Shown here piece after piece: positions 27,880 through 39,318 of a stretch of 64,000 bases of DNA. The DNA is from Bacteroidia bacterium (lineage in GTDB: Bacteria > Bacteroidota > Bacteroidia > M30B66), in contig OZ257142.1 of assembly GCA_965279035.1 (NCBI GenBank), forward strand, positions 64,001 through 128,000, in the 5' to 3' direction. The translations under genes were made by a program, and so were the position numbers. Under the pieces are notes generated by a model that did not search any database, had not been told where the DNA came from, and saw nothing but the letters and a program-made list of their open reading frames with translations. Each line of letters begins with the position of its first letter. Within the stretch, counting starts at the first letter, position 1.

Positions 27880-30282
27880 TTACTTTCCTCGAACGACTTT
27901 TTTTCTACACGAATCAATTTGCAAAACATACACTCCTGCCGCGAAAGCACTAAAATCGATTATTTGAGTTGATGTATTTCCTAATTGTGAACGAATTAAT
28001 GCTCCATTGGAAGCAAAAACTTGAATCAAGTATTCTGATACAGGATACTTAAAACTAACGAAATCGGTTGTTGGATTAGGAGAGATAATTAAATCGTCAC
28101 AAGTAAAAACTGAGGGTTTATATGTCTTACAATTTGTTGTATCCCGACAACCATTTAAGGTAATAATTGCAGCAAATTGACCTTCTCCAGATGGGAAATA
28201 AGAGGCAGAATCGGCACTTAATATTGGAGCATTATTACTGCAATTTATCCATTGAATAGTTTCAAAAGATCCAAATGCAAAAATTGATGAATCAGCTGTT
28301 AATACTGTGGCTGATGGTGCTTCAAAATTGACATTTATGGTAAGTAAACTATCACATCCTTTTGAATTTGTTAATGTTTGAATGTACTCGCCACCTTCAT
28401 TGTATGTAATAGAATTAATCGTTACAGGAATACACGTATTAACATCAACGGTAGCAGAACTTGAGTTAATTCTTGTGAAATTAATGGTAAGTAAACTGTC
28501 GCAACCAACCGAACTAATAAGTGATTGATTGTAAAGTCCGCTTGAATTGAAGGTTTGGTTGTTTATAACAAGAGGATCGCAGCTTTGAATGATTAATTCT
28601 GCAGAAACAGCTTGACTTAACTGGAGATCAAGCCGGGAAACGCTATCACAACCGAATTCTGTTTGGAAGAATTCAAAATAACTACCTGATTCGGAGTATT
28701 CCTGTCCATTCCATACATAGCTGGAATCACAGTGGGTAACTGTTTCCTTTTCGATCACAAGAGGACAGTTTCCATATTTTGCCATATAACCACATGTACT
28801 TCCAGTACCATTGCTGAATATGGTATAATCAGGTGAAGCAGGACTAAAGTTTGCTTCACTTGGGGTATATCCAACGCAGTAAATAGTGTTGTTATCAGAA
28901 GAAATTGTAATTCCACTGAAATATGCTGGTGAGCCGGGACTATTGACAATTTGTTTCACCCAGCGATGGCCACCTTGCGCATCTAATGACCATAAATAAG
29001 ATGTAAAAGTTGGAAATGCAGAAATTGAATCGATTGCTGCACCAGGATTGAAATCGCATGAACCAGACAAACCTGAAATGTATATATTATTCGATTGATC
29101 TGATTCCAGATTCCAAGACCCATTCACGAATCCAAAGGTATTGGTTGGAACATGGGCAACCCATATAAAATCGCCATTAGAATTATTTTTCGAAACAAAG
29201 TGATTGACCGAAACATTCGGTGTATTACAAGTAATGGTATAGAAAGAAGCTTCATTCATATCTACATCCAAACTGCCATCGAACTGCCCAGCAATTAATA
29301 AATCATCCGAATCATCAACTTGGATTGAATTCACAATATAACCTGTTTGAGAATCTAATTTTTTAGCCCAAATCAAGTTGCCACTTGAATTCAACTTAAC
29401 TATAACCGCGAAATAGCTTGCGTTTGTAGCTGTTTTCACAAGATCATAAATCGAACTGCCCGGATCAGCATCTATGGATTGACCAGAAGAACAAATGGAC
29501 GCATATAAATTTCCGTTACTATCATAACTCACATCGGTGCAAAAATCCTCTTCAGGTGTTCCGAAAACATGAAATGAGAGCAGATTGCCCGTTGAAGAAA
29601 ATTCAGCAACAAATCCATCATTTGCTCCTTGAGTCACATATGTTGAATCAGTTAAAATAAATGAATTCAAAAAGGATCCGCAGATTGCGACATTCCCATT
29701 TGGACTGATTGAAGTGTTATAAATTGTTCTTACGCCTAATCCATCCAATTGTCTAACCCAAACAGGTATTCCAGAAGTGTCGTATTTTGCTAATAAAATG
29801 CTGCTATTCCCTATACCTGAAAGGGTTGAGATGCTTGAATCTTGAAAATTGCTACCATGAAAAGTTGCCGTTGAACCAAACACATCGGAAACATATAAAT
29901 GACCTGAGCCATCGTATTCGATTTCTCCTCCAGAACTAAATATCGTTGAACCATTAGGCCCTAAATAGGAAATATTATTGGCCCAAATTAAATTACCGAT
30001 GGAGTTTGTTTTAGTTAAGATAAGGTCAGTCTGTCCAGGATAAAGAAAACTAACATTTACTGGGTTGAAAAAGCAATCATAATTAAAGTTTGACGAACCT
30101 AATCCAGTTGAATACAAATTGTTGTTTTCATCGCTTTTGCAACTATTTACTAATTGGATATTATTTCCTGTAATTTCATTAACCCACTGGCATTCGGGCG
30201 CCTGTGCTATTGCCAATTTGAACGTCATCAACAGACTTGCAAATAACAAATATAGGGTTTTGAAGTTTCTGCACATATTCAT
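27880..30282 (-). CDS. T9SS type A sorting-domain protein with SBBP-like beta-propeller repeats and three Cys-containing GCDS modules
   Basis: Repeated D..GN.Y..G / K.NS.GN.IW units; three C...GCDS repeats; CTD ISPNPT...AAGVYVL. Confidence 0.8.
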   Translation of the reverse strand: MNMCRNFKTLYLLFASLLMTFKLAIAQAPECQWVNEITGNNIQLVNSCKSDENNNLYSTGLGSSNFNYDCFFNPVNVSFLYPGQTDLILTKTNSIGNLIWANNISYLGPNGSTIFSSGGEIEYDGSGHLYVSDVFGSTATFHGSNFQDSSISTLSGIGNSSILLAKYDTSGIPVWVRQLDGLGVRTIYNTSISPNGNVAICGSFLNSFILTDSTYVTQGANDGFVAEFSSTGNLLSFHVFGTPEEDFCTDVSYDSNGNLYASICSSGQSIDADPGSSIYDLVKTATNASYFAVIVKLNSSGNLIWAKKLDSQTGYIVNSIQVDDSDDLLIAGQFDGSLDVDMNEASFYTITCNTPNVSVNHFVSKNNSNGDFIWVAHVPTNTFGFVNGSWNLESDQSNNIYISGLSGSCDFNPGAAIDSISAFPTFTSYLWSLDAQGGHRWVKQIVNSPGSPAYFSGITISSDNNTIYCVGYTPSEANFSPASPDYTIFSNGTGSTCGYMAKYGNCPLVIEKETVTHCDSSYVWNGQEYSESGSYFEFFQTEFGCDSVSRLDLQLSQAVSAELIIQSCDPLVINNQTFNSSGLYNQSLISSVGCDSLLTINFTRINSSSATVDVNTCIPVTINSITYNEGGEYIQTLTNSKGCDSLLTINVNFEAPSATVLTADSSIFAFGSFETIQWINCSNNAPILSADSASYFPSGEGQFAAIITLNGCRDTTNCKTYKPSVFTCDDLIISPNPTTDFVSFKYPVSEYLIQVFASNGALIRSQLGNTSTQIIDFSAFAAGVYVLQIDSCRKKVVRGK

Positions 30283-30427
30283 GCACTCAATATAGATATT
30301 AATCTGAATTAAAGTATCGAATTAGTTCAAGTTCTTCTATTATACTACAAGTGAAGTCAATTCAATTTATGCATTTTTTGACACTTGATTAATGTTGAAC
30401 AATCTTGACAACCAACTTCATACAATG

Positions 30428-30473
30428 AAAAGCAGACTCTTGAATGATGTTTAAATCAATCAAGAATCTGCTT
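30428..30473 (-). terminator. Probable terminator downstream of fumC
   Basis: aagcagactcttga...tcaagaatctgctt inverted repeat. Confidence 0.55.
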
Positions 30474-30582
30474 AATGGGTATAAAACGTTTTGCTTTAAT
30501 TACTCGAAGCTGTTCGTTTGTTATTACACAAACAACCTGAGTTTTTTTGCTTAAGTTAAATATCAAGTTTAAAATATCCGGT

Positions 30583-31968
30583 TTACACCATTTTCTTAGG
30601 ATCAACCCAAGCAGTGAATTGCTCATCGGTAAGCAATCCTAATTCAATGGAAACTTGACGTAACGTTTTACCTTGTTTATGAGCCGTTTTCGCAATCTTA
30701 GCCGCGTTTTCGTAGCCAATATGCGTGTTTAAAGCAGTCACCAACATGAGAGAATTCTCTAAATGTTGTTGGATTTGCGGAAGGTTTGGTTCAATTCCCA
30801 CAGCACATTTATCGTTAAACGAAACACATGCATCACCAAGCAAACGAGCACTTTGCAAAACGTTTGCAGCGATGAGTGGTTTGAATACATTCAATTCGAA
30901 GTGGCCAGTAGCTCCACCTATAGAAGTAGCTACATCATTGCCCATCACCTGAGCACAAACCATAGTAAGCGCTTCGGGTTGTGTTGGGTTTACTTTCCCT
31001 GGCATGATAGAAGATCCTGGCTCGTTGTCAGGAATGATGATTTCACCAATTCCCGAACGCGGACCAGAGCTGAGCATACGCACATCATTCGCTACTTTCA
31101 TCAAGGCAACAGCAGCACGTTTCAAAGCACCTGACAATTCCACCATCGCATCGTGAGCAGCCAATGCTTCGAATTTGTTAGGCGCCGTAACGAAAGGATA
31201 ACCGGTAGATTCAGCGATTTTCTGTGCTACCAACACATCGTATCCTTTTGGAGTATTCAAGCCTGTTCCTACAGCCGTTCCACCTAAAGCCAATTCCTTC
31301 ACCATTTCCAATGCATTCTTAACGGCACGGATTGAATTAGTCAACTGTTGCGCATAACCGCTAAATTCTTGTCCTAAGGTCAATGGTGTAGCATCCATGA
31401 AATGCGTACGTCCAGTTTTTACAATGTCTTTGAAATCATCAGATTTCTTCACCAAAGTATTACGTAGTTTTTCCATCCCCGGAATAGTCACCTCAACCGC
31501 TTGTGTATAAGCTGCAATGTGCATGGCAGTAGGGAAAGTATCGTTACTCGACTGACTTTTATTCACATCGTCGTTCGGGTGAAGTACTTTTTGATCGTCG
31601 GTCAATTGTCCTCCACTTAACACATGTGCGCGGTAAGCAATCACCTCATTCACATTCATGTTACTTTGCGTTCCCGAACCAGTTTGCCAGATAACCAATG
31701 GAAACTGATCATCGAGTTTATGCGCAAGAATCTCATCGCATACTTTTCCGATAAGGTCACATTTATCCGCGCTTAACACACCTAAATCGCGGTTTGCTTG
31801 GGCTGCGGCTTTTTTCAGATGGGCAAAAGCATAAATAATTTCCTTCGGCATACTTGCTTCAGGACCAATTTTGAAATTGTTGCGAGAACGCTCTGTTTGT
31901 GCGCCCCAGTATTTATCAGCAGGAACCTGAACGGCTCCCATCGTGTCGTGTTCGGTACGAAATGACAT
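30583..31968 (-). CDS. fumC: Class II fumarate hydratase
   Basis: [33 protein letters not shown]. Confidence 0.98.
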   Translation of the reverse strand: MSFRTEHDTMGAVQVPADKYWGAQTERSRNNFKIGPEASMPKEIIYAFAHLKKAAAQANRDLGVLSADKCDLIGKVCDEILAHKLDDQFPLVIWQTGSGTQSNMNVNEVIAYRAHVLSGGQLTDDQKVLHPNDDVNKSQSSNDTFPTAMHIAAYTQAVEVTIPGMEKLRNTLVKKSDDFKDIVKTGRTHFMDATPLTLGQEFSGYAQQLTNSIRAVKNALEMVKELALGGTAVGTGLNTPKGYDVLVAQKIAESTGYPFVTAPNKFEALAAHDAMVELSGALKRAAVALMKVANDVRMLSSGPRSGIGEIIIPDNEPGSSIMPGKVNPTQPEALTMVCAQVMGNDVATSIGGATGHFELNVFKPLIAANVLQSARLLGDACVSFNDKCAVGIEPNLPQIQQHLENSLMLVTALNTHIGYENAAKIAKTAHKQGKTLRQVSIELGLLTDEQFTAWVDPKKMV

Positions 31969-32018
31969 GGTGTTTGAATTAGGATGGTTAAAGCTGTTTC
32001 TTTAAAAAATCAGCGCCG

Positions 32019-32026
32019 CAAAATTA
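32019..32026 (-). promoter_or_regulatory. Bacteroidota -7 element for fumC
   Basis: TAATTTTG on the minus strand. Confidence 0.5.
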
Positions 32027-32138
32027 GAAAAGCCCTATAGAATGACAAGGTTTTCAAGGGACATAAAATCAGCTTATCTTGGTGAACATTTAGGCGAAAG
32101 TTGAATATGAAAAGCGCATTTTCCTAATACCAATTAAA

Positions 32139-33923
32139 ATGAAACAGCTGCTGGTTCTTTTCTTCATTCTACCAACATTCCTATATTCACAGAGTGATGC
32201 AATCATTCTAAGTCAAGAAGGAAGGATTCACGAGCAAAGAAGGGCAACATTGGAAGATTTAGTTCGACAGTCAGATTATATCGCGCTCGTTCAGCTTCCC
32301 AATCAATCGGCCGATTCCTTGCCCGTTTCATTTGATGATTTAGGAACAGGGGTTTACATTATCAGTTTCAAGCCAATTCAGGTATTTAAGCAAACGTTTC
32401 CATTATACAACGAGCATTACGTATTTGAGCATTCTACCAATGAAAAACTTGGAACGGATCTGTATCGACAAGGTGAACGCTGCTATGTGTTTTTGAATAA
32501 CAATGAACCTAAAACCATAGGCGATGCTCCCGATTTGCGCTTACTTCAAAACCAAAGTGGTATTCCTAGTTTGTTGTTAGGTGGATTAATTGCTGAAAAA
32601 GACATCAACGAAAAAGAGCTGAGGCGTTTGTGCGAACCTTCTAAGTTTGTGAAAGCAGCACTAAGAGGCGATACCATTGCGATGAAGCGAATGGCACGAA
32701 AGCATGTGGATTATTTAAATCAGTTTGACGAGCGCTCTCCTGTGCAATCATTCTATGGTTTCCCCAGGTGGATCATGGGAATGAGGGGAATGGATGGTGT
32801 GATGTTGGACAGTTGTTCTGCACACATTGCTATTTGGCCTGGCTGGAGTGATTATTATTATTGGGTGAACACACCTGAAGGAAGAAAAGAGTATCTCCTA
32901 GTCGTTCAACATGGGAAGGTTTTTCCAGTACCATTTAACTATCTCGGCCATGGATATTCGAATAAATGGGTAGTGAAAAATGTATATCGAACCGATAGCG
33001 CTCGGGAACATTTGTTTGAAATCTGTCGACTCGATCGCATGTATCGAAAACAGGATGTGTACAATAATTACATTCGTTTTTACACCGAAGAAGGAAGATT
33101 GAATTGGTCGGTGTACAATGGACCAGCACATTTGGATTCAGAAGGCGATCTAATGCGCGTAAAATTGAAATTGTATAACACAATTGATTCGGCGATGTAC
33201 CTGCGTTGGCCGGGAAAACAAAACTCTGGGAAGAAGGTGATTCAATTTGCCTTGCAACACCAAACCACACGAAAAATATATAGGGAGTTAAGTAATGAAG
33301 TAACTATTATTCATGACGAAACTTTAGGTCCAGAAGACCGATTGGTAATAGCTCAAGATACGCTCTCTGGATGGTTTAGCATGAACGATCCATTCTTAGA
33401 ACATACAGATGCATCAGCAGCACATCGGTTCGAAAAACTTCCGCCAGGTGCTTATAACTTAATGGTGAAATATGATCCTTATCCAGAAGCCGTTGCAGAT
33501 ACTTTGAGCTGGAATCCTTTCTGTGACAGCATTAGCTCAGCAGCCGGATATCCTTTTTGGATTTATGCTGATACCGTTTCTAGAAAATTCACCATTGAAG
33601 CAGAAGTTGTTCAACGCTCGGAGCCATTTGTAAATGCATATGGCCAACATGGTTATACTAGCGGAGTCGTGAAGGTGCTCAATACCAATTATTCCAGAGG
33701 ACCGGCTATTGGTTCACTCATCGCTTGGAAATTACTGGTGAATGTGGATTATGGTTGGACATCGCATTCTCATCCACCTACCACAGTGGACATATTGAGT
33801 ATTGGAAGTAAAGTAGAAATCGACTTAATAGATTCCAATGCTGGAGGAACCATTAAAACAGCATCAGGCACATATCGATTGTATGGAACTCCTGAAGTGT
33901 ATGACTCTATAAGGATCAAGTAA
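32139..33923 (+). CDS. Secreted hypothetical protein
   Basis: 594-aa ORF with signal peptide MKQLLVLFFILPTFLYS; no recognised domain. Confidence 0.75.
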   Translation: MKQLLVLFFILPTFLYSQSDAIILSQEGRIHEQRRATLEDLVRQSDYIALVQLPNQSADSLPVSFDDLGTGVYIISFKPIQVFKQTFPLYNEHYVFEHSTNEKLGTDLYRQGERCYVFLNNNEPKTIGDAPDLRLLQNQSGIPSLLLGGLIAEKDINEKELRRLCEPSKFVKAALRGDTIAMKRMARKHVDYLNQFDERSPVQSFYGFPRWIMGMRGMDGVMLDSCSAHIAIWPGWSDYYYWVNTPEGRKEYLLVVQHGKVFPVPFNYLGHGYSNKWVVKNVYRTDSAREHLFEICRLDRMYRKQDVYNNYIRFYTEEGRLNWSVYNGPAHLDSEGDLMRVKLKLYNTIDSAMYLRWPGKQNSGKKVIQFALQHQTTRKIYRELSNEVTIIHDETLGPEDRLVIAQDTLSGWFSMNDPFLEHTDASAAHRFEKLPPGAYNLMVKYDPYPEAVADTLSWNPFCDSISSAAGYPFWIYADTVSRKFTIEAEVVQRSEPFVNAYGQHGYTSGVVKVLNTNYSRGPAIGSLIAWKLLVNVDYGWTSHSHPPTTVDILSIGSKVEIDLIDSNAGGTIKTASGTYRLYGTPEVYDSIRIK

Positions 33924-33943
33924 CCCCGGACTTCAGTCCGGGG
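33924..33943. repeat. REP-like GC-rich palindrome between convergent genes, may also act as a terminator
   Basis: ccccggac-ttca-gtccgggg. Confidence 0.6.
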
Positions 33944-33951
33944 ATTTTAAA

Positions 33952-35047
33952 TCAATCATGCTTAGCACCAAATTCCATCAAATAAGCTTTGATGAAGGTG
34001 TTCAAATCACCATCCATTACGCCCTGAACATCGGAGGTTTCTTTGTCGGTACGTAAGTCTTTCACAAGTTTATATGGATGGAAAACATAGTTCCGAATTT
34101 GAGAGCCCCACTCGATTTTCTTCTTCGAACCTTCAATCGCATCGGTACTTTCCTGGCGTTTGCGCAATTCCATTTCGTAGAGCTGCGATTTAAGGAGTTG
34201 TAATGCCTTGTCTTTATTCTGAAGCTGCGAACGGCTTTCCTGGTTTTTGATGATGATTCCAGTCGGTTTGTGCGTTAAACGAACAGCGGTTTCAACCTTA
34301 TTTACGTTCTGTCCACCTGCCCCACCTGCACGGAAAGTATCCCATTCGATATCGCCCATGTTGATTTGGATATCGATAGTGTCATCTATCAACGGATAGG
34401 CGTATACAGAGCAAAATGAGGTATGACGACGCGCATTTGAATCGAAGGGAGAAATCCGAACGAGACGATGCACGCCACTTTCTCCTTTTAGGTATCCAAA
34501 CGCAAATTCGCCATCTATTTGGATGGTAGCAGACTTGATTCCTGCCACATCGCCTTCTTGCATGTCGACTTCGCTCACTTTGAATTTATTCTTCTCAGCC
34601 CACATACGATACATACGTAGGAGCATAGAAGCCCAGTCGCAACTTTCTGTTCCACCTGCACCTGAGTTAATGGTGAGGATGCAGCTAAGATTGTCTTCTT
34701 TACCCGAAAGCATGTTTTTGAACTCTAAGTCTTCCAGATCTTCTACAATCAAGGCATACTGTTCGTCGAGTTCGGCTTCAGTGGCACCGCCTTCTTTGTA
34801 GAAGTCCATGAGCACTTTCAAATCCTCTATTCCAGCACCGATTTTTTTCCAGCCATCGGTCCAGACTTTCTTATCGCGAATGGCTTTCAGTTTCTTTTCA
34901 GCAACTGATGGGTCGTCCCAGAAATTGGGAGCGGTAGTTTCGCGTTCTTCAAATTCTAATTCAGAGAGCTTACGATCGACGTCAAAGATGCCTCCTTAGC
35001 GCATCCAGGCGATCATCCAGCGAGGTAATTTGTTCTTGTTGGATCAT
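33952..35047 (-). CDS. prfB: Peptide chain release factor 2, translated via programmed +1 frameshift
   Basis: MIQQEQ...RRHL from ATG 35047 ends at CTT TGA C, then continues in the +1 frame to SPF and GGQ motifs; 364 aa. Confidence 0.97.
34981..34996 (-). other. prfB +1 ribosomal frameshift cassette
   Basis: AGGAGG-CAT-CTT-TGA-C on the minus strand. Confidence 0.95.
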
Positions 35048-35055
35048 AATGGCGG

Positions 35056-35063
35056 CAAAGATA
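35056..35063 (-). promoter_or_regulatory. Bacteroidota -7 element for prfB
   Basis: TATCTTTG 8 nt before the ATG. Confidence 0.6.
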
Positions 35064-35104
35064 ATCGTTCAGAGTTAGGAATTGTGGCAATAGAATGGAA
35101 TGAA

Positions 35105-35986
35105 CTACAATTCTACAAGGTGTTTGATTTTCTCAATAACAGAATTTGCAAATGAGGGCATACTTGAAAAAGCAAACCACTTCTTTCCTAAATCCTTAAG
35201 TGATGCACCAATGTGATACAACTCAATTTGATCGATTAGTATAAACCGATCATGTGCATCTAGAAAACAATGTGCTTCAATTGTTGGATATTGAGCATTG
35301 TATTTTTGAATATCCAGTTCAAATGCAGGTGATATTTTTTTCATTAACAATTGAACTTTCACTCCTTCTTTTCTTTTAGTGAGTAGTTTAAGTACGCTTT
35401 CATCCATGTAATTGTCTATGATGATTATTGACAAATTGGCTCGCTTAATTATCTCACAAACAAAAACATAAGCATCGAATAATTGACCTTCATAAAAGAT
35501 CCCTTTAGAAGGTTTAAGATTTCCAGATTCAAGCGCTTCAAATAATTGATCGAATTTATTGTCTGAAACAATTTGCTTTCGTTCAAGTGCATCAAGGCGC
35601 TGAATCAAACCCATGTTTGAAGTAATCAATTGCCTCAACTGTACAAATGTTTCCATAATTTGAATGCTTACATGAACCGCTATTTCGCTTTTAAGAATTG
35701 CTGAAACCATAGCAACTCCTTGTTCTGTAAATGCAAAAGGCAAAACAGATGAATGCTTCAGATTTTCAAACCGGTCACATTTTGTGACCAGTTCAAGCAC
35801 CTCATTATTAGTGAGTTGAAATCGGAAAGTCGAAGGGAAGCGATTGAGATTTCGTTTAACTGCTTGATTAAGAACTTTGGTTTCTACACCATAAAGAGTG
35901 GCTAGGTCACGATCAACTATAACCTGAATCCCACGAATGGTAAATATTCGATATTGAATATCCTGTTGACTAATGCTAATTTCCAT
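35105..35986 (-). CDS. ORF6N domain DNA-binding protein
   Basis: IFTIRGIQVIVDRDLATLYGVETKVLNQAVKRN..RFP, FTEQGVAM; C-terminal HDRFILID...YHIGASLKDLGKKWF. Confidence 0.88.
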   Translation of the reverse strand: MEISISQQDIQYRIFTIRGIQVIVDRDLATLYGVETKVLNQAVKRNLNRFPSTFRFQLTNNEVLELVTKCDRFENLKHSSVLPFAFTEQGVAMVSAILKSEIAVHVSIQIMETFVQLRQLITSNMGLIQRLDALERKQIVSDNKFDQLFEALESGNLKPSKGIFYEGQLFDAYVFVCEIIKRANLSIIIIDNYMDESVLKLLTKRKEGVKVQLLMKKISPAFELDIQKYNAQYPTIEAHCFLDAHDRFILIDQIELYHIGASLKDLGKKWFAFSSMPSFANSVIEKIKHLVEL

Positions 35987-36050
35987 AATAACATAATGAT
36001 AAAGTTTAAACTAGATAATGGATAAAATTAATGGAATCAATCTAAAAAAC

Positions 36051-36082
36051 AAAAACCCGCTCAAGCAATGCAGGAGCGGGTT
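36051..36082 (-). terminator. lepA terminator
   Basis: aacccgctc...gagcgggtt with an A tract on the left. Confidence 0.75.
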
Positions 36083-36104
36083 CTCAAGAATATGTATTAT
36101 GCTA

Positions 36105-37892
36105 TTAATCCAGTTTTAGCACCGCCATAAATGCCGATTGTGGCACCTCAACAGAGCCTACTTGGCGCATACGTTTCTTACCTTCTTTTTGCTTTTCGAG
36201 GAGCTTACGTTTACGAGAAATATCACCACCATAACACTTCGCGGTTACGTCTTTACGCATAGCTTTTACTGTTTCGCGGGCAATAACTTTCGCTCCTATA
36301 GATGCCTGAATGGCAATTTCGAATTGTTGTTTCGGGATGAGTTCTTTCAACTTCTCGCAAATCTTCTTCCCGAAATCATAGGCATTGTCGCGGTGAATAA
36401 GCGATGACAAAGCATCCACAGGCTCACCATTCAACATCAAATCGAGTTTAATCAATTTCGATTCTCGGTAATCGATTGGATGATAATCGAACGAAGCGTA
36501 ACCTCGAGAAAGCGATTTTAGTTTGTCGTAGAAATCAAATACGATTTCTCCCATTGGCATTTCGAAAACCAACTCTACTCGGTCTGTAGTGAGGTAATTT
36601 TGGTTGACCAACATGCCTCGTTTTTGAATACACAAAGTCATGATTGCCCCTGTGTATTCCGATTTTGTAATCACCTGAGCACGAATGTACGGCTCTTCGA
36701 TTCGGTCGAGTTTGCTTGGGTCGGGAAGGTCGGTTGGGTTGTTTACCACCAATTCTTCTCCGTTGGTTTTATATGCCTTGTACGATACGTTTGGAACCGT
36801 CGTAATAACGGTCATGTTAAACTCACGTTCGAGGCGTTCTTGGATAATCTCCATGTGAAGCATACCAAGGAAACCGCAACGAAATCCAAATCCTAATGCT
36901 GCAGATGATTCTGGTTCAAATGTGAGCGAAGCATCGTTGAGCTGCAGCTTCTCCATCGAATAGCGCAACTCTTCGTAATCTTCCGTATCGACAGGGAAAA
37001 TACCCGCAAATACCATGGGTTTCACATCTTCGAACCCTTTGATTTGCTCAGCACATGGACGATCAACATGCGTAATTGTATCGCCCACTTTTACTTCACG
37101 CGCTTCTTTGATTCCAGAAATGAGGTAACCTACATCGCCCGCTTTTACTTCATTGCGCGGTTCGGGCTTTAAACGGAGCAAGCCAATTTCATCGGCAAAA
37201 TACTCGCTGCCAGTTGACATGAACTTTACTTTATCCCCTTTTTTAATCGAACCATTAATCACGCGGAAGTATGCGTAAATACCACGAAACGAATTAAAAA
37301 CCGAATCAAAAATTAGTGCTTGTAATGGTCCATCGGGATCGCCTTTAGGAGCAGGAACGCGGTCAACAATTGCTTTTAGAATATCATGAACACCCATTCC
37401 AGTTTTACCAGAAGCAGCTAAAATATCTTCCCGTTTACAACCTATAAGCTCCACAATTTGGTCTTTCACTTCTTCGGGCATTGCACCGGGAAGGTCCATT
37501 TTATTCAACACGGGAATAATTTCCAAATCGTGCTCCAGTGCTAAATACAGATTACTAATGGTTTGGGCTTGAATACCTTGAGCAGCATCAACAATAAGCA
37601 AAGCTCCTTCACAAGCTGCAATAGAACGCGAAACTTCGTAAGAGAAATCGACGTGTCCTGGAGTGTCAATTAAGTTTAAAATGTACTTCTCCCCATTAAG
37701 TTCATACTCCATTTTAATGGCTTTACTCTTAATGGTGATTCCACGCTCACGCTCCAAATCCATATCATCGAGCACTTGTGCTTGAGATTCGCGCTTGGTA
37801 ATGGTATTGGTATATTCGAGCAGACGATCGGCCAGGGTTGATTTTCCGTGGTCGATGTGAGCGATAATGCAAAAGTTACGGATGTTTTTCAT
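36105..37892 (-). CDS. lepA: Translation elongation factor 4
   Basis: [34 protein letters not shown]; start at ATG 37892, preceded by TATCTTTG (37900-37907). Confidence 0.98.
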   Translation of the reverse strand: MKNIRNFCIIAHIDHGKSTLADRLLEYTNTITKRESQAQVLDDMDLERERGITIKSKAIKMEYELNGEKYILNLIDTPGHVDFSYEVSRSIAACEGALLIVDAAQGIQAQTISNLYLALEHDLEIIPVLNKMDLPGAMPEEVKDQIVELIGCKREDILAASGKTGMGVHDILKAIVDRVPAPKGDPDGPLQALIFDSVFNSFRGIYAYFRVINGSIKKGDKVKFMSTGSEYFADEIGLLRLKPEPRNEVKAGDVGYLISGIKEAREVKVGDTITHVDRPCAEQIKGFEDVKPMVFAGIFPVDTEDYEELRYSMEKLQLNDASLTFEPESSAALGFGFRCGFLGMLHMEIIQERLEREFNMTVITTVPNVSYKAYKTNGEELVVNNPTDLPDPSKLDRIEEPYIRAQVITKSEYTGAIMTLCIQKRGMLVNQNYLTTDRVELVFEMPMGEIVFDFYDKLKSLSRGYASFDYHPIDYRESKLIKLDLMLNGEPVDALSSLIHRDNAYDFGKKICEKLKELIPKQQFEIAIQASIGAKVIARETVKAMRKDVTAKCYGGDISRKRKLLEKQKEGKKRMRQVGSVEVPQSAFMAVLKLD

Positions 37893-38118
37893 CGGGGCGC
37901 AAAGATAGACAAAACCAAAGTCGAAATAAGCAATCCCCAATAGCCCGTTAAATGAGCCTTACCCTTGCTTTCTTTCTCATTGTTCAGCGGCAACCAATTG
38001 TGTAACAACTTACTTGCGTTGGGATTTTTGTTGCTAATTCAATGGATTGATAACCGTCGGATTCATTAATGTACTTTTGAAACAATTGAAAAACACATTT
38101 TCACAATCCTATTCATTT

Positions 38119-39282
38119 GTGACGCTATTTCGTTTGTTACTAGTTGCCTATTTATGGCTTGCTTGTTTTAAGGACTCCTATGCACAAACAGGAAACGGAG
38201 CTCTTTATGGACTCAAGCGCGTTGGAAGTGAATTTTATTTAGCTACTTTAAATCTAACTTCTGGAACAGGCGATGTGATTTCAACTACACCGCTAGCTTC
38301 GACAGTATCCAATGCCTGGGGTACGGTTAATACGGCACGTAATTCTTACTTTTTTTCATCGTCTGGTCAACTTCTCGAAATCGACTTAACGACCGGATCC
38401 ATTCAAAACACCTATCCAGATGGAGACCTCCATTACTTGAAATATAATTGCAATGACAGCACATTATACGGGCTCAAAATAATTGGCAACAAATGGTATT
38501 TAGCACGAATAAATCAAGCAACAGGAATTGTCGAAACCCTATCTAACAGCGCGGTTGCTTCCATTGTGAACAATGCTTGGGGAACGATTCACCCCATTCG
38601 GAATTCGTACTTTTTCTCTTCAGGTGGAAACGTTCTTGAAATTGACCTTGTGTCAGGCGCCATGGTTCATGCTTATCCTGAAGGAGACCTGAATTTTTTG
38701 GATTACAATTGTAGCGATAGCACGCTTTATGGGTTAAAGAGAATAGACGGGCTTTGGTATTTTGCGAAACTCGATTTTGAAGCAGGCAACTCGCAAACGC
38801 TCTCCACTTCTTCAGTGGCTTCAATTGTTGCTAATTTATGGGGAACGGTAAATCAATCGACCAACTCGTATTTTTTCGCCACTATGGGTCAAATTGTTGA
38901 AGTGGATATTAGTTCAGGAAACGTGGTAAACACCTATGCTGAGGGTGATTTTAATTTCCTCGATTATAATTACTGTTGTAGTGTTACCAAAGAAACACCA
39001 ATTACCGATTCTTTGGTTGTTCCAAATGCATTTTCACCAAACAAAGACGAGAAAAATGACTTCTTTCAACTTCAGACGAATCTTGCTCCTTCTTAATTTG
39101 AAATACGCATTCTAAACCGTTGGGGACTGGAAGTGTATAGGTCATCGTCTATTGCATTTATGTGGGACGGAAAAAACAAAGGATTGGATTGCACCGATGG
39201 CACTTATTACTATATACTCCAGTATAAAGACAAAGCGGGAGATTTGAGTACCAAGACCGGATTTTTACAATTGTTGAGATAA
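38119..39282 (+). pseudogene. Beta-propeller protein with a T9SS type B (gliding-motility-associated) CTD interrupted by an in-frame TAA at 39094-39096
   Basis: Three 87-aa repeats; VPNAFSPN.D..ND before the stop and ILNRWG...WDG...GTYYY...GFLQLLR after it, in the same frame. Confidence 0.75.
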
Positions 39283-39318
39283 ATTCAATAGCAGAGGCTG
39301 TTTACTTGGAACATTAAC

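Noticed and set aside
34808-34999. Apparent truncation of prfB and a small antisense ORF
   Set aside because: Explained by the programmed +1 frameshift; not a pseudogene
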